Part shown: in pieces, positions 1 through 9,167 of the stretch
How positions within the stretch are numbered: the stretch's first letter is position 1
Layout: each line of letters begins with the position of its first letter
The notes under the pieces: generated by a model
The model's input: only the letters and a program-made list of their open reading frames with translations
What the model was told of the DNA's origin: nothing
The model's database searches: none
Made by a program: the position numbers and the translations under genes
Origin: Thermoproteota archaeon
GTDB taxonomy: Archaea; Korarchaeota; Korarchaeia; B14-G2
DNA length: 32,000 nt
Direction of reading: 5' to 3'
Assembly (NCBI GenBank): GCA_037917675.1
Contig: JAVCBW010000043.1
Location: forward strand, 6,810 to 38,809

Positions 1-611
1 ACACCCCTCCCCGGATTCCTCCTCTTGAGCCTAATCCTCCCGATCTCCCTAGTGTTCCTCACATGCATCCCACCACATGGCATCTCTATCTCAGCACACC
101 TCCATACCCTGAAGCCAGGCCTATCAGGTGGCGTCTCGATCCTGATCTCATGGCCCTCAGCGATGAACCTGTTACAGAGCTCCTCAACCTCCCTGAGCTT
201 CACAGGGTCAAGCCTCCCCTCATAAGCGTAGTCAGACCTATCCTTCTTCTCATCAACTCTGCTTCCAACCCTCTCAAGAGGCCCGAACACCCTGTGGAGG
301 AAGTGCTCCATGATGTGGGCAGCAGAGTGAAGCCTCATAATCCTATACCGCCTATCCCAGTCGATCCTACACCTCACCTTGTCTCCTGGCTTAAGAGGAG
401 CAGGCTTCTCAAGGTAATGCACGACCTCCTCTCCCTCAAGCTGCGTGTCAACAACCCTATACTCTCCAATCCACCCTGTGTCACCAACCTGCCCTCCTCC
501 CTCAGGGTAGAAGCAAGTCTGATCCAAGACGACTCTAGCTCCATCAGCCTTGACGACTGTAGCCTCAAACTCCCTCATGTACATGTCCTCATAGTAAAGC
601 TTCCTAGTCAA
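1..611 (-). CDS. alaX: AlaX-type alanyl-tRNA editing protein (AlaRS editing-domain family); 3' end runs off the window
   Basis: Absent from the ORF track because it has no stop codon inside the window. Reverse-strand translation from TTG at 611 gives (M)TRKLYYEDMYMREFEATVVKADGARVVLDQTCFYPEGGGQVGDTGWI...RLHSAAHIMEHFLHRV...MPCGGMHVRNTREIGRIRLKRRNPGRG. The FYPEGGGQ motif plus the HxxxH and CGGxH motifs are the AlaX/AlaRS-editing signature. ORF 63..656 (+) is its antisense shadow. Confidence 0.85.
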   Translation of the reverse strand, partial: MTRKLYYEDMYMREFEATVVKADGARVVLDQTCFYPEGGGQVGDTGWIGEYRVVDTQLEGEEVVHYLEKPAPLKPGDKVRCRIDWDRRYRIMRLHSAAHIMEHFLHRVFGPLERVGSRVDEKKDRSDYAYEGRLDPVKLREVEELCNRFIAEGHEIRIETPPDRPGFRVWRCAEIEMPCGGMHVRNTREIGRIRLKRRNPGRG

Positions 612-744
612 CTACACCACCAGAAGCCAACCCTCCACCTAAACTTTAATCTTTAGCCACCTACAGCGCCTCAGCACACGTCGCTTGCTTTCAAGCCTAG
701 CTTCAGCCTAGAGTTGTCGTATGCTGCAAACTTGAGAGCAAGCC

Positions 745-1085
745 TCAGCACTGGCTCTCTATCCAGGATGACCTGCCTCTAAGAGCTCTAAGCCTGATGT
801 ACATTAGAGCATAGTTGAGCACAATGGCATCAACTGGAAGGCCCACCATGCTCTCAAGCCAAGTGGAAAGCCTCTCAGCATACTCTATAGTATCCAGCAG
901 CCTCCACCTCCTGCTGAGGTATACTCTAGGTCTACATCTCTGAAGACAGGGGAATCCAGGAAGCTCCCGAAGACCACAGCGAAAACGACATCGCTTTCCT
1001 CTTCAAGCACTGCCCTAAGACTAAGCATAACCTTCCCCCTCATGCTCCAGCTGAGCCTAAAGATGCCTAGCCTCCTCCTCAACAT
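745..1085 (-). pseudogene. Minimal nucleotidyltransferase (MNT/MntA-like), frameshifted
   Basis: ORF 885..1085 encodes ...VVFAVVFGSFLDSPVFRDVDLEY (the GS...DxD nucleotidyltransferase core) and then hits a stop. A second frame continues LLDTIEYAERLSTWLESMVGLPVDAIVLNYALMYIRLRALRGRSSWIESQC* down to 745, which is the usual MNT C-terminal half. This implies one frameshift near 900. Confidence 0.6.
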
Positions 1086-1482
1086 GCCTCTCCACTTCAG
1101 CTATGAAGTTCTCAATAGCCTCTAGCCTACTTGAGCTAGCTTCCTCATATACTCTCAAGTCGTCTACAGCCCAGTACTCATGGACTACCAGGTTTCTGAG
1201 CCCTGCAATCCTCTTCGTCTCCTCAGCCAGCATGGTGAGGCTATCCCTACCCTACCAGCTCGCTCAAAAGCTTCGCTGTAGGCTCTGGAGTGAAGCTGTA
1301 CTTCACCTCTAGGATGTGAGAGCAGGCTAAAGCCAGCGTCTCCACAATGCTTACAATAGCATATCTCATAGCATACCTGAAGGTCAGGCTGCTCATGAAC
1401 TCGTCAGCTGGAATGCTGAGCAGCTCCCCATGACGCTGAGGGCTTCTCTTGCCTCAGCTAGGAGCCTCATGGCACGCTTCAC
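1057..1482 (-). pseudogene. DUF86/HepT-type HEPN protein, disrupted by at least two frame changes
   Basis: Hand translation of the minus strand uses three frames. Frame 1: VKRAMRLLAEAREALSVMG... Frame 2: ELLSIPADEFMSSLTFRYAMRYAIVSIVETLALACSHILEVKYSFTPEPTAKLLSELVG*. Frame 3: GRDSLTMLAEETKRIAGLRNLVVHEYWAVDDLRVYEEASSSRLEAIENFIAEVERHVEEEARHL*. The RNxxxHEY segment is the DUF86 Rx4-6H motif. No single open frame spans the domain. Confidence 0.65.
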
Positions 1483-1529
1483 GTCAACCTACAAGCTGAC
1501 ACCAGAAGCTGATTCAGCTGAGGTCTAGG

Positions 1530-1538
1530 TTTATATTA
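1530..1538 (+). promoter_or_regulatory. TATA-like box for the corrinoid methyltransferase operon
   Basis: TTTATATTA ends 25 nt upstream of the ATG at 1563. This fits an archaeal box-A promoter with a leaderless or near-leaderless transcript. Confidence 0.45.
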
Positions 1539-1562
1539 GCTTGCTGCAAGGATGCTCTGGGG

Positions 1563-2219
1563 ATGTGCTTGAGCAGCTTAAGTAGAGTAGCTGAAGCCAT
1601 ACTGGAATTCGATGAGGAGAAGCTTCTCAAGGAGGTTAGGGCAGCACTAGATAGAGGCTTCGATCCAGTGGAGGTCCTTGAGGAGGGGATTGCAGCTGGC
1701 TTAAGGAGGGTAGGTGAGCTCTTTGAGAAGGGAGAGCTATTCCTCATGCACGTTGTTGTCGCTGCTGAGGCAGCTAAGAAGGCGATAGAAGAGCTCATTG
1801 AGCCTAAGATAATGGAGAGAGGTGAGAAGAGGAAGGGCCTCGGTAGGGTTGTGATAGGCACGGTAGCAGGCGACATCCATGACATAGGGAAGAACATAGT
1901 GGCTGCGATGCTGACTGCATCAGGATTCGAGGTCTATGACCTTGGGAAGGATGTTCCAGTCGAGAAGTTCATAGAGAAGGCGAAGGAGGTTAAAGCTGAC
2001 ATAGTGGCTGCATCAGCCTTGCTCAGCACATCAATGCCTGTCCAGCATGAGATAGTGAAGGCTCTAGAGGAAGCTGGCCTCAGAGACAAGGTTAAGGTCA
2101 TGGTTGGTGGAGCACCAGTCACAGAGGAGTGGGCTAGAGAGATTGGGGCAGACGGCTATGGCGCAGATGCAGTGGAGGCAGTGAAGGTAGCTAAGAAGCT
2201 GATTGGGGTGGAATGTTGA
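1563..2219 (+). CDS. Methyltransferase cognate corrinoid (B12-binding) protein, MtbC/MttC/MtgC-like
   Basis: It has an N-terminal helical cap domain followed by a B12-binding Rossmann domain. The domain carries the DxHxxG motif (GTVAGDIHDIGKNIV), then SALLSTS and MVGGAP. Its stop overlaps the next gene's start (ATGTTGA). Confidence 0.9.
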   Translation: MCLSSLSRVAEAILEFDEEKLLKEVRAALDRGFDPVEVLEEGIAAGLRRVGELFEKGELFLMHVVVAAEAAKKAIEELIEPKIMERGEKRKGLGRVVIGTVAGDIHDIGKNIVAAMLTASGFEVYDLGKDVPVEKFIEKAKEVKADIVAASALLSTSMPVQHEIVKALEEAGLRDKVKVMVGGAPVTEEWAREIGADGYGADAVEAVKVAKKLIGVEC

Positions 2220-3655
2220 AAAGAGGGCTCAAAGGAGGGATCCTGTCCCCTCTGTCTCTAGCTGAGCTAGATAGCATACACCTCGCTACCCTAGAGGTTC
2301 TAGAGAGGGTTGGGGTCAAATGCGAGTCCAAGCTGGCGCTAGAGGAGTACAAGAAGGCTGGAGCAGAGGTTGAGGGAGACAGGGTTAAGATCCCACAGCA
2401 CCTAGTAGAGGAGGCGCTGAGGAAGGCTCCAAGGCAAGTACTGCTCTGCGGCAGGCGTAGGGAAAACGACATCCTGCTAGAGGACTCCAGAACATACTTC
2501 GGGCTAGGTGGAACACCTACACCATACATCAGAGACCTAGAGACAGGAGAGATCAGGAGGCCAACTACTAGGGACATGGCTGAGGCAACCAAGCTAGGAG
2601 ACGCCCTAGAGAACATAGACTTCATAATGAGCATAGCTGGAGCATTCGACGTCCCATATCAGCTTGAGTACGTGGTGGAGTTCAAGACGATATTCGAGAA
2701 CACCTCTAAGCCTATAGTCTACTCTGCTCCAGGGAAGGCTAACGCTGAGCTAGTCTTAGAGATGGCTTCAGCCATAGTAGGAGGCTTAGATGAGCTCAGG
2801 AGGAGGCCAATACTCTCACTCTACAGTGAGACAGCAAGCCCACTCACATTCACGAGGGAGAACGAGAACATGCTAGTCTTCGCTAAGGCCAAAGTACCGA
2901 TAACACTTGGGCCGATGCCCATGGCTGGCGCAACTGGCCCAGTGACCATAGCTGGCTCAGCTGTAGTAGGGAACGCAGAGTGCCTTGCTTCACTGGCCCT
3001 GATACAGGCTGTGAGCCCAGGTGCTCCTGTGGTCTACGCTGGGTGGGCTGGGCTCTTCGACCCCAAGACAGGTAGGCTAGCCTATGGGGCCCCAGAGTTC
3101 ACCCTCGGGACAAACCTGCTGTGTGCTCAGATGGCAAGCTACTATGGGCTACCCTGCTTTGGCTTCGGAGGATGCTCAGACTCAAAGGCTCCTGATGCTC
3201 AAGCTGGAGCAGAGGTCATGATGAACATGCTGATAGCAGCCTTGAGTGGAGTAAACATGATACATGACTGCGGCTACCTAGCAGGAGGAAGCATAGGCAG
3301 CATGGAGATGGCTGTAATATGCAATGAAGCCATAGGCTATGTGAAGAGGATCCTGAGAGGAATCAGGGTAGATGACGAAGCCCTGGCAGTAGACGTGATA
3401 GCTGAAGTAGGCCCAGAAGGCCACTTCCTAAGCCACAAGCACACCCTAAGGAACCTAAGCGAGGTGTATATACCTGAGCTATTTGATAGGAGGCCTGAGA
3501 GAGTATGGGAGAAGAGTGGAGCAAAGTGGGTTCACGAGGTAGCAGCGGAGAAGGCTAAGAAGCTCCTAAGAGAGCATGAGCCTGAGCCTCTCCCTAGTGA
3601 AGTGAGGGAGAAGCTTGAGGAGGTGGTCAAGAAGGCAAGAGAGAAGATGCTTTAA
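2213..3655 (+). CDS. MttB-superfamily (trimethylamine methyltransferase family) protein, non-pyrrolysine type
   Basis: The 480-aa ORF is uninterrupted and has MttB-family length and N-terminus (LSLAELDSIHLATLEVLERVGV...). There is no in-frame TAG, so it is a non-Pyl member. It sits between a corrinoid protein and a corrinoid activase. Confidence 0.88.
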   Translation: MLKRGLKGGILSPLSLAELDSIHLATLEVLERVGVKCESKLALEEYKKAGAEVEGDRVKIPQHLVEEALRKAPRQVLLCGRRRENDILLEDSRTYFGLGGTPTPYIRDLETGEIRRPTTRDMAEATKLGDALENIDFIMSIAGAFDVPYQLEYVVEFKTIFENTSKPIVYSAPGKANAELVLEMASAIVGGLDELRRRPILSLYSETASPLTFTRENENMLVFAKAKVPITLGPMPMAGATGPVTIAGSAVVGNAECLASLALIQAVSPGAPVVYAGWAGLFDPKTGRLAYGAPEFTLGTNLLCAQMASYYGLPCFGFGGCSDSKAPDAQAGAEVMMNMLIAALSGVNMIHDCGYLAGGSIGSMEMAVICNEAIGYVKRILRGIRVDDEALAVDVIAEVGPEGHFLSHKHTLRNLSEVYIPELFDRRPERVWEKSGAKWVHEVAAEKAKKLLREHEPEPLPSEVREKLEEVVKKAREKML

Positions 3656-5357
3656 GCTCAAGCTCTCTCCAGGAGAGCCTCTGCTAGAGGCCCTAGAGAA
3701 GGCTGGAGCCCACATCGAGGCCCTCTGCGGCGGCAGAGGAGTCTGCGGGAAGTGCAGGGTGAAGGTCGCCAGCGGAGCCAGCATGCTAGAGGGAGGTGAG
3801 CTCCCAGGTGGCTGGAGGCTAGCCTGCCAGGCAAAGGCTGTAGTTCAAGCTGAAGTCGATGTGGAGGTTCCAAGAGAGTCTCTCCTCAGAGAGCAGAGGC
3901 TCCTGTCAGAGGGTCTAGAGCCTGAGGTGGAGCTCTCTCCAGCGGTGGCTGTAGCTGAAGTCGAGGTAGACAAGCCTTCTCTAAGAGACCAGAGAGCTGA
4001 CTCAACTAGGCTCATCTCAAAGCTGGAAGCCAAGCTGACGCTGCAAGCCTTGAGGAAGCTACCTTACGTAGCTAGGCTAGGCAGAGTCTATGTAGTCAAG
4101 GCAGGCAGCCTGGTAGTAGACGTGTCAGCTGAGAAGCCTCGTGTACTGGGGCTAGCCTTCGACCTCGGGACAACTAAGCTAGCTGGGAGCATAATAGACC
4201 TAGAGACAGGAGCCACACTAGCTTCAGGAGCAGCACTAAACCCTCAGGTCAGACTTGGAGAAGACGTGATAACTCGAGCAGCCTACGCGATTCAGCATGG
4301 AGTAGAGGAGCTCAACAAGCTCCTGGTAAAGGGGCTGAACAAGCTGGCTAGAAGCCTAGCTGAGGCAGCAGCTGTGAGGCTGGAGGACATACGTGAGATA
4401 GTAGCTGTCGGGAACACTGTGATGCACCATACTCTACTATCTCTCCCACTAGACTACCTCACTAGAGCCCCGTTCACACCTGTCCTAGGGGAGCCAGCTA
4501 CCTTCAAGGCAAGCGAGCTCAACCTCAAGCCAAGTGAAGCTCTAGTCTACCTGCCTCCACCTGTAGCCGGCTTCGTAGGCTCAGATGCGCTAGCAGGCGT
4601 GCTAGCCCTCAAACTGGGCAACAGCTCGATGCTCATAGACCTAGGGACGAACACAGAGGTAGTGCTCTCACATCAAGGCAAGCTATATGTGTGCTCAGCT
4701 GCAGCAGGCCCAGCATTCGAGGGAGCAACCCTATCCCATGGGGTCAGAGCCTCACCAGGAGCCATAGAGAGAGTCTGGATAGACCCAGAGACGTTCAAAG
4801 TGTACTACAGGACGGTAGCTGGAGAGCCTCCAACAGGCTTATGTGGCTCAGGCGCCATAGACCTCCTAGCTGAAGCCATCAAGGTCAAGGCAGTAGATGA
4901 GGCAGGCAGGATACTGAGCTCACCACTCACAGCTGAAGTCCAAGGTCAGAAGATGATAGTAGCCACCTGGGTAGACAGCAAGCCAATAGGCTTAACCCAA
5001 AGAGATATAAGAGAGCTACAGCTAGCTAAGGCTGCAGTACACACCGCTGCACAAACCCTAATAGAGGAGGCAGCCATAAAAGAGCTAAGCCAGCTCTTCC
5101 TAGCAGGCGCATTCGGAACATACCTGAGCACAGAGAGCGCAGCCAGAATAGGGATGCTACCAGCAGCCCCACTAAAAGAGGTGAGGTACGCTGGGAACAC
5201 AGCCCTAGCTGGAGCAAAGGCGCTCCTAAAGAACAAAAGCCTGAGAGCCAAGGCAGAGCAGCTAGCTAAGAGCGCAGTGCACATAGAGCTAGCAGCACAC
5301 CCAGGCTTCCAAGAGAAGTTCCTCAAAGCCCTCCTACTCAAACCACGACACAATTAG
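3615..5357 (+). CDS. RACo/RamA-family ATP-dependent reductive activator of corrinoid proteins (2Fe-2S ferredoxin + ASKHA/DUF4445)
   Basis: The N-terminus has a plant-type ferredoxin motif (LCGGRGVCGKCRVKV...WRLACQA). ASKHA phosphate motifs follow (AFDLGTTKLAG, LIDLGTNTEVVL, GLCGSGAIDL). The only plausible start is TTG 3615, which overlaps mttB by 41 nt. Confidence 0.85.
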   Translation: MRRWSRRQERRCFKLKLSPGEPLLEALEKAGAHIEALCGGRGVCGKCRVKVASGASMLEGGELPGGWRLACQAKAVVQAEVDVEVPRESLLREQRLLSEGLEPEVELSPAVAVAEVEVDKPSLRDQRADSTRLISKLEAKLTLQALRKLPYVARLGRVYVVKAGSLVVDVSAEKPRVLGLAFDLGTTKLAGSIIDLETGATLASGAALNPQVRLGEDVITRAAYAIQHGVEELNKLLVKGLNKLARSLAEAAAVRLEDIREIVAVGNTVMHHTLLSLPLDYLTRAPFTPVLGEPATFKASELNLKPSEALVYLPPPVAGFVGSDALAGVLALKLGNSSMLIDLGTNTEVVLSHQGKLYVCSAAAGPAFEGATLSHGVRASPGAIERVWIDPETFKVYYRTVAGEPPTGLCGSGAIDLLAEAIKVKAVDEAGRILSSPLTAEVQGQKMIVATWVDSKPIGLTQRDIRELQLAKAAVHTAAQTLIEEAAIKELSQLFLAGAFGTYLSTESAARIGMLPAAPLKEVRYAGNTALAGAKALLKNKSLRAKAEQLAKSAVHIELAAHPGFQEKFLKALLLKPRHN

Positions 5358-5653
5358 CCCCGCATCTAAGTAGAGGATGGAGACAGGAAGAGCCTAGAGG
5401 AGAAAAAGAGAAAGCATGCAGACCAGAACCCCATAGAGAGGTAGAAACCTAGAGCCAAGCGGCTCCCAATACTACATGCCAGCTAGCATGAAGACAGCAC
5501 AGAAGCCAGCTAGCCTCTCAGAGACAAGCTCATCTGACAGCACTCGCCTTAGAAGAGGCATGCTACCCTGACAGAGGCTGAAGAGGAGCATGGCTTGGAG
5601 ATCTAAGGTGCTTCTCGCAGGTTAGGCTGCTTTCAAGGATAGGGAGCAGACAG

Positions 5654-7093
5654 CTATTTAGGCTTCTGTGAGCAGCTTAAAGCTGCTTTTGGCAGCTCCT
5701 CCTGCTCCCCTAGGGGGCTTGCTGCCTTACTCCCTTTCTTGAGCCTTTCAGCCAGCTTGAGTGCTAGCTCAGCTAGCTCTATGGGGCTTCTGCCGAGTAG
5801 AACTATCATAGGCTCCTTCCCCCAGTCTCCTGTATGATATACCACGTCAGGCACCCTACTCACCTTCCTTATAGCCTCCTTCATCCCCCATGGGACTGTA
5901 GCTCCCTCCTTCTCCTTGACTCCCCTGGGCTCGAGCCTCCTGTCATAGCTTGAGACCAAAAGCCCCATCTCCTCTAGCGCCTCTACTGCCTGAGGGCTAT
6001 AGGCTATGTTCAGAGCTGCTCTCACCTCAGGGCTATACTCTCTAGCTGTGAGTATGTAGCTTGAGAGATGCCTGCTTGCTCCGAACTCTGGGCTTGCTCC
6101 AATAACCCTGTCTCCTGCCCTCCTAAGCCTCCCTGGTATAGCTGCAACATCCTCCATAGACTCAGCATAAGGGAGAGCATAGGCTATGTTAGCCCCAACC
6201 TCAGGGACTAGCGGCGTAAACTCCCTGGTAGAGAGGAGTGAAGCCGCCCTCCTAAGCTCCTCAAGCACACTATACATCTCAGACTGCTTGTAGAGGAGGG
6301 CAAGTGGATTGACAGGTTGGCTTCCACCACCAACCTTCACACCATGCTTTATAGCTGCTGTCACAACCTCCTTCGCTACCCTAACAGCCTCAGGAACCTC
6401 AGCTCCCCTAGCTAGCATAGCTGCTATAGCAGCTGAGAAGCAGCATCCTGTCCCATGTGTAGTTCTAGCCTCCACCCTAGGGGCTTCAAGCCTATAGGTG
6501 CTTCCCCTCCAGTACAATACATCGACTGCAGCCTCTCCCCTCAAGTGCCCTCCCTTAACGACCACAGCCTCAGGGCCAAGCTCAGATATCTCCTTAGCAG
6601 CCCTCTCAGCCTCCTCAACGCTCCTCACATCCCAGCCTACTATAGCACTCGCCTCAAGCAGATTCGGGGTCACAACCCTAGCTACTGGAAGCAGCTTCTC
6701 AACGAGAGCTTGAGCAGCATCCTCCCTGAGGAGCCTAGCTCCACTCTTAGCTATCATCACAGGGTCAACCACAAGAGGGATCTCAAGCCTACTAGCCTCC
6801 CTAGCTACAGCCTCTATGATCCCACTACTATACAGCATCCCAGTCTTAGCAGCATCTACACCAATATCCTCAGCTACAGCCCTGATCTGCTCAACAACAG
6901 CCTCAGGGCTCAACGGGTATATCCCAGTGACAGCCCTAGTATTCTGAGCAGTGACAGCTGTCAAAGCCACAGCTCCATGGACACCTAGCGCAGCAAAAGC
7001 CTTAAGATCAGCTTGAATCCCAGCTCCACCACCAGAATCAGAGCCAGCTATAGTCAAGGCTACAGGAGCCCTCTCAACCCTAATGTAAACCAA
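5654..7093 (-). CDS. thiDN: Bifunctional ThiD-ThiN (HMP/HMP-P kinase fused to ThiN thiamine-phosphate synthase)
   Basis: The N-terminal ThiD part has ALTIAGSDSGGGAGIQADLKAF and THGTGCCFSAAIAA. The C-terminal ThiN-type part has LVPEVGANIAYAL...AAIPGRLRR...PEFGASRHLSSYIL. It starts with TTG. Confidence 0.9.
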   Translation of the reverse strand: MVYIRVERAPVALTIAGSDSGGGAGIQADLKAFAALGVHGAVALTAVTAQNTRAVTGIYPLSPEAVVEQIRAVAEDIGVDAAKTGMLYSSGIIEAVAREASRLEIPLVVDPVMIAKSGARLLREDAAQALVEKLLPVARVVTPNLLEASAIVGWDVRSVEEAERAAKEISELGPEAVVVKGGHLRGEAAVDVLYWRGSTYRLEAPRVEARTTHGTGCCFSAAIAAMLARGAEVPEAVRVAKEVVTAAIKHGVKVGGGSQPVNPLALLYKQSEMYSVLEELRRAASLLSTREFTPLVPEVGANIAYALPYAESMEDVAAIPGRLRRAGDRVIGASPEFGASRHLSSYILTAREYSPEVRAALNIAYSPQAVEALEEMGLLVSSYDRRLEPRGVKEKEGATVPWGMKEAIRKVSRVPDVVYHTGDWGKEPMIVLLGRSPIELAELALKLAERLKKGSKAASPLGEQEELPKAALSCSQKPK

Positions 7094-7694
7094 TATACCA
7101 CCAGCTAGCCAGCATACCCCAAGTTAATAAGAGTTCACATCCCCTCCCATAAACCAATAGTGCTCCATGAGATATAGGAGCATAAGATATGCCAGGCTTG
7201 GAAGCAAGCATAGCCAGCAGCCTACAGGTCTGCTTGCTGAGAGGCGTCACTTAGGAGAACACTGTAGTGAGGCTAGAAGAAGCAGACAACCAGTCTGCCA
7301 CATCCCAGCTCCCCTCCAAGATGCTGCTCATGGAAGCCCATATGCAGCCATAGCATCCTACTCTAAACGAGCCTGCTCTCTCCAACATGCAGTATGCAGC
7401 AGGCTCCTAGCCAAGCTAGTAGACTTGTGTTAGAAGCAGCTTCAGAGGCACAAGGGAGCGCTAGCGTCCTCAGTGCTCCTACACCTAAAGCCCAACCTAG
7501 CCCTCTACTCCCCTGAGAGCCTTCTCCAACGCTAGAGGCACTGGAAACTGATCTAGAGATGGCAGGCTCATATCCGAAGCTTAGACCCAAGAAGCTCTTC
7601 TGCAAGCTAATAGAGGCAAGCAAGAGAAATGCAAGCAAGCCCCCAGCAAGATAGCTAGGGAAAATACTCTATAGGAGGCACTAGGGCTGTTAAG

Positions 7695-8424
7695 GTGCAT
7701 ACACATGCCTTCAACCAAGGCACATACAAGCGCCACCTCCCTACTGGGGATAGCGTCAACTTGGGTGTTAGAGGGCTAGATGAGGAGATAGGAGGCATTC
7801 CAAGAGGCTCCATGATAGCTGTCACAGGGTGGATTGGGACAGGCAAGACGACCCTAGAACCAAGTTTCTGGTTGAAGGAGTAAAGAGCAGGGGGCATGGC
7901 CTATATGTCTGTGCTACTGAGAGGATAGAGTCATATATCAGGAACATGGAGAGGCTAGGCTGGCCTATCAGCCAGCTAGCCAAAAGCAAGAAGCTGATCG
8001 CTGTTAAAGCTGGTGAGATACATGGAGGTAGGCCACAGAGCATGATAGAGAAGCTTCTATACATGATAGACACGGCAAATATCAGGAGGATCATCTTAGA
8101 CTCATATACAGCACTCATGTCATACTTTAAGGGAGCGTGGAGTGCTAGGCTCTTCACACAGCTCCTACTAGACTACTTAAGTGGAAAGAGCTGTACAGCG
8201 ATGCTCGTAATGGAGGCAGATAACAACAGTGAGCCTAAGCTAGGCGACATAGGGTTCTTATGTGATGGAGTAATACACCTCAGGAAGACTTCTCAACTGA
8301 GCCTTCTAGAAGGGAGCTTAGGGTAATGAAGTTGAGAGGAGCGAGGATACCTCTCCAAAACTTCGAGTACGAGATAGGAGAAGGTGGGATAGTGATCTTA
8401 AGAGGATGCAGCATGCAGCTATGA
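7695..8424 (+). pseudogene. Single-domain KaiC/RecA-superfamily ATPase, two frameshifts
   Basis: Frame 1 (7695..7883): LPTGDSVNLGVRGLDEEIGGIPRGSMIAVTGWIGTGKTTL (Walker A). Frame 2 (7829..8326): TKFLVEGVKSRGHGLYVCATE...RRIILDSYTALM (Walker B)...GFLCDGVIHLRK. Frame 3 (to 8424): RRELRVMKLRGARIPLQNFEYEIGEGGIVIL. Joined together these give a complete KaiC-like domain. Confidence 0.65.
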
Positions 8425-8496
8425 ACTCCTCTAAAGCAGCTGCTGGAGGCAAGCTGTGTGCTACTATGCTGGCACCTCTAGCTTTAAGCTGGCAGC

Positions 8497-8562
8497 TAGC
8501 CTCTATAGCCATAGAGGCTATGGTGTGAGATCCATCCCGCTATAGGGCCATAGCCCTATAGC
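8497..8562. repeat. Two adjacent perfect 10-bp-stem hairpins built around CTATAG/CCATAG
   Basis: 8497-8520 is TAGCCTCTAT-agcc-ATAGAGGCTA. 8539-8562 is GCTATAGGGC-cata-GCCCTATAGC. Both arms are exact reverse complements and were checked base by base. They lie in a stretch with no intact gene. Confidence 0.6.
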
Positions 8563-9167
8563 CCTCCCAGCTCTGGTGTAGGCTAGCTGCAGCGCCTCTG
8601 CTAGTGACTCTATGCTCCGCTTGAAGCTGGGAGATGTTGGCCATGCTGCTGAAGCTTGGAGCCTATACCCCTACCCTCCTAGCATGATGTCTTCGGTTCT
8701 GATCCCTCCACAGCTTAAAGCTCCAGCTATGATCTCTGCTTCAGCTGGCTCAGATGAGAACTCGAGTACAGCATCTACGTTGCCGCCAGCGAAGACCACC
8801 AGCCAGTAGTGCTCTGAGCCTCTTAGTAAAGCACCTTACCATGTCTACTCCTCTTCTACAGCTTCAGATGTAGGCTGTCTCTCGTAGAAGCTTGTGTGAA
8901 GGCTATTTGCTGCATGAAGCTCGATCAAGCTGCTTGAGGGGGAGCTCAGCAGCAAGCTTCTCTACACTCTCTTCTTTAACCCTATTTCAGCTAAAGCAAT
9001 AGGTGCCTTCTTAGCGACACCACAGTGATAGATGAGACAAATACCACCATAGCAGGCTAAGCAGGGATTTGAGCATAGCTTCTGGGTAGCTTAGCTCATG
9101 CCCGATGGCCTGTAAGCAGGCTTCTAGCAGCTTCAGCACATGGGGGCCTTTTTCAGCTGGTTGGCTG

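Noticed and set aside
63-656. 197-aa + strand ORF from the track
   Set aside because: It is P/S/L-rich with no motif. It lies exactly antisense to a clearly recognisable AlaX gene on the minus strand.
2213-3655. Possible in-frame amber (pyrrolysine) codon in the MttB homologue
   Set aside because: The ORF is continuous over the full family length, so no TAG read-through is needed.
7167-7638. ORFs 7167..7433 (+) and 7363..7638 (-)
   Set aside because: I found no recognisable motif in either. Their composition is atypical of the real genes here and they overlap each other. This is probably eroded sequence, and I could not reconstruct a gene from it.
9119-9138. A 19-mer G[G/C]CTTC[T/C]AGCAGCTTCAGC shared between 9119-9138 and 15849-15867, both downstream of minus-strand genes
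   Set aside because: It has two mismatches and is built entirely from the over-represented AGC/CTT/CAG units. It is likely chance similarity in compositionally biased DNA.
8318-9167. ORFs 8318..8512 (-) and 8612..8809 (+), plus a minus-strand fragment reading GSEHYWLVVFAGGNVDAVLEFSSEPAEAEIIAGALSCGGIRTEDIMLGG*
   Set aside because: The two track ORFs lack motifs. The minus-strand fragment looks protein-like but has no start and a stop immediately upstream. I cannot assign it to a family, so it is a likely gene remnant only.
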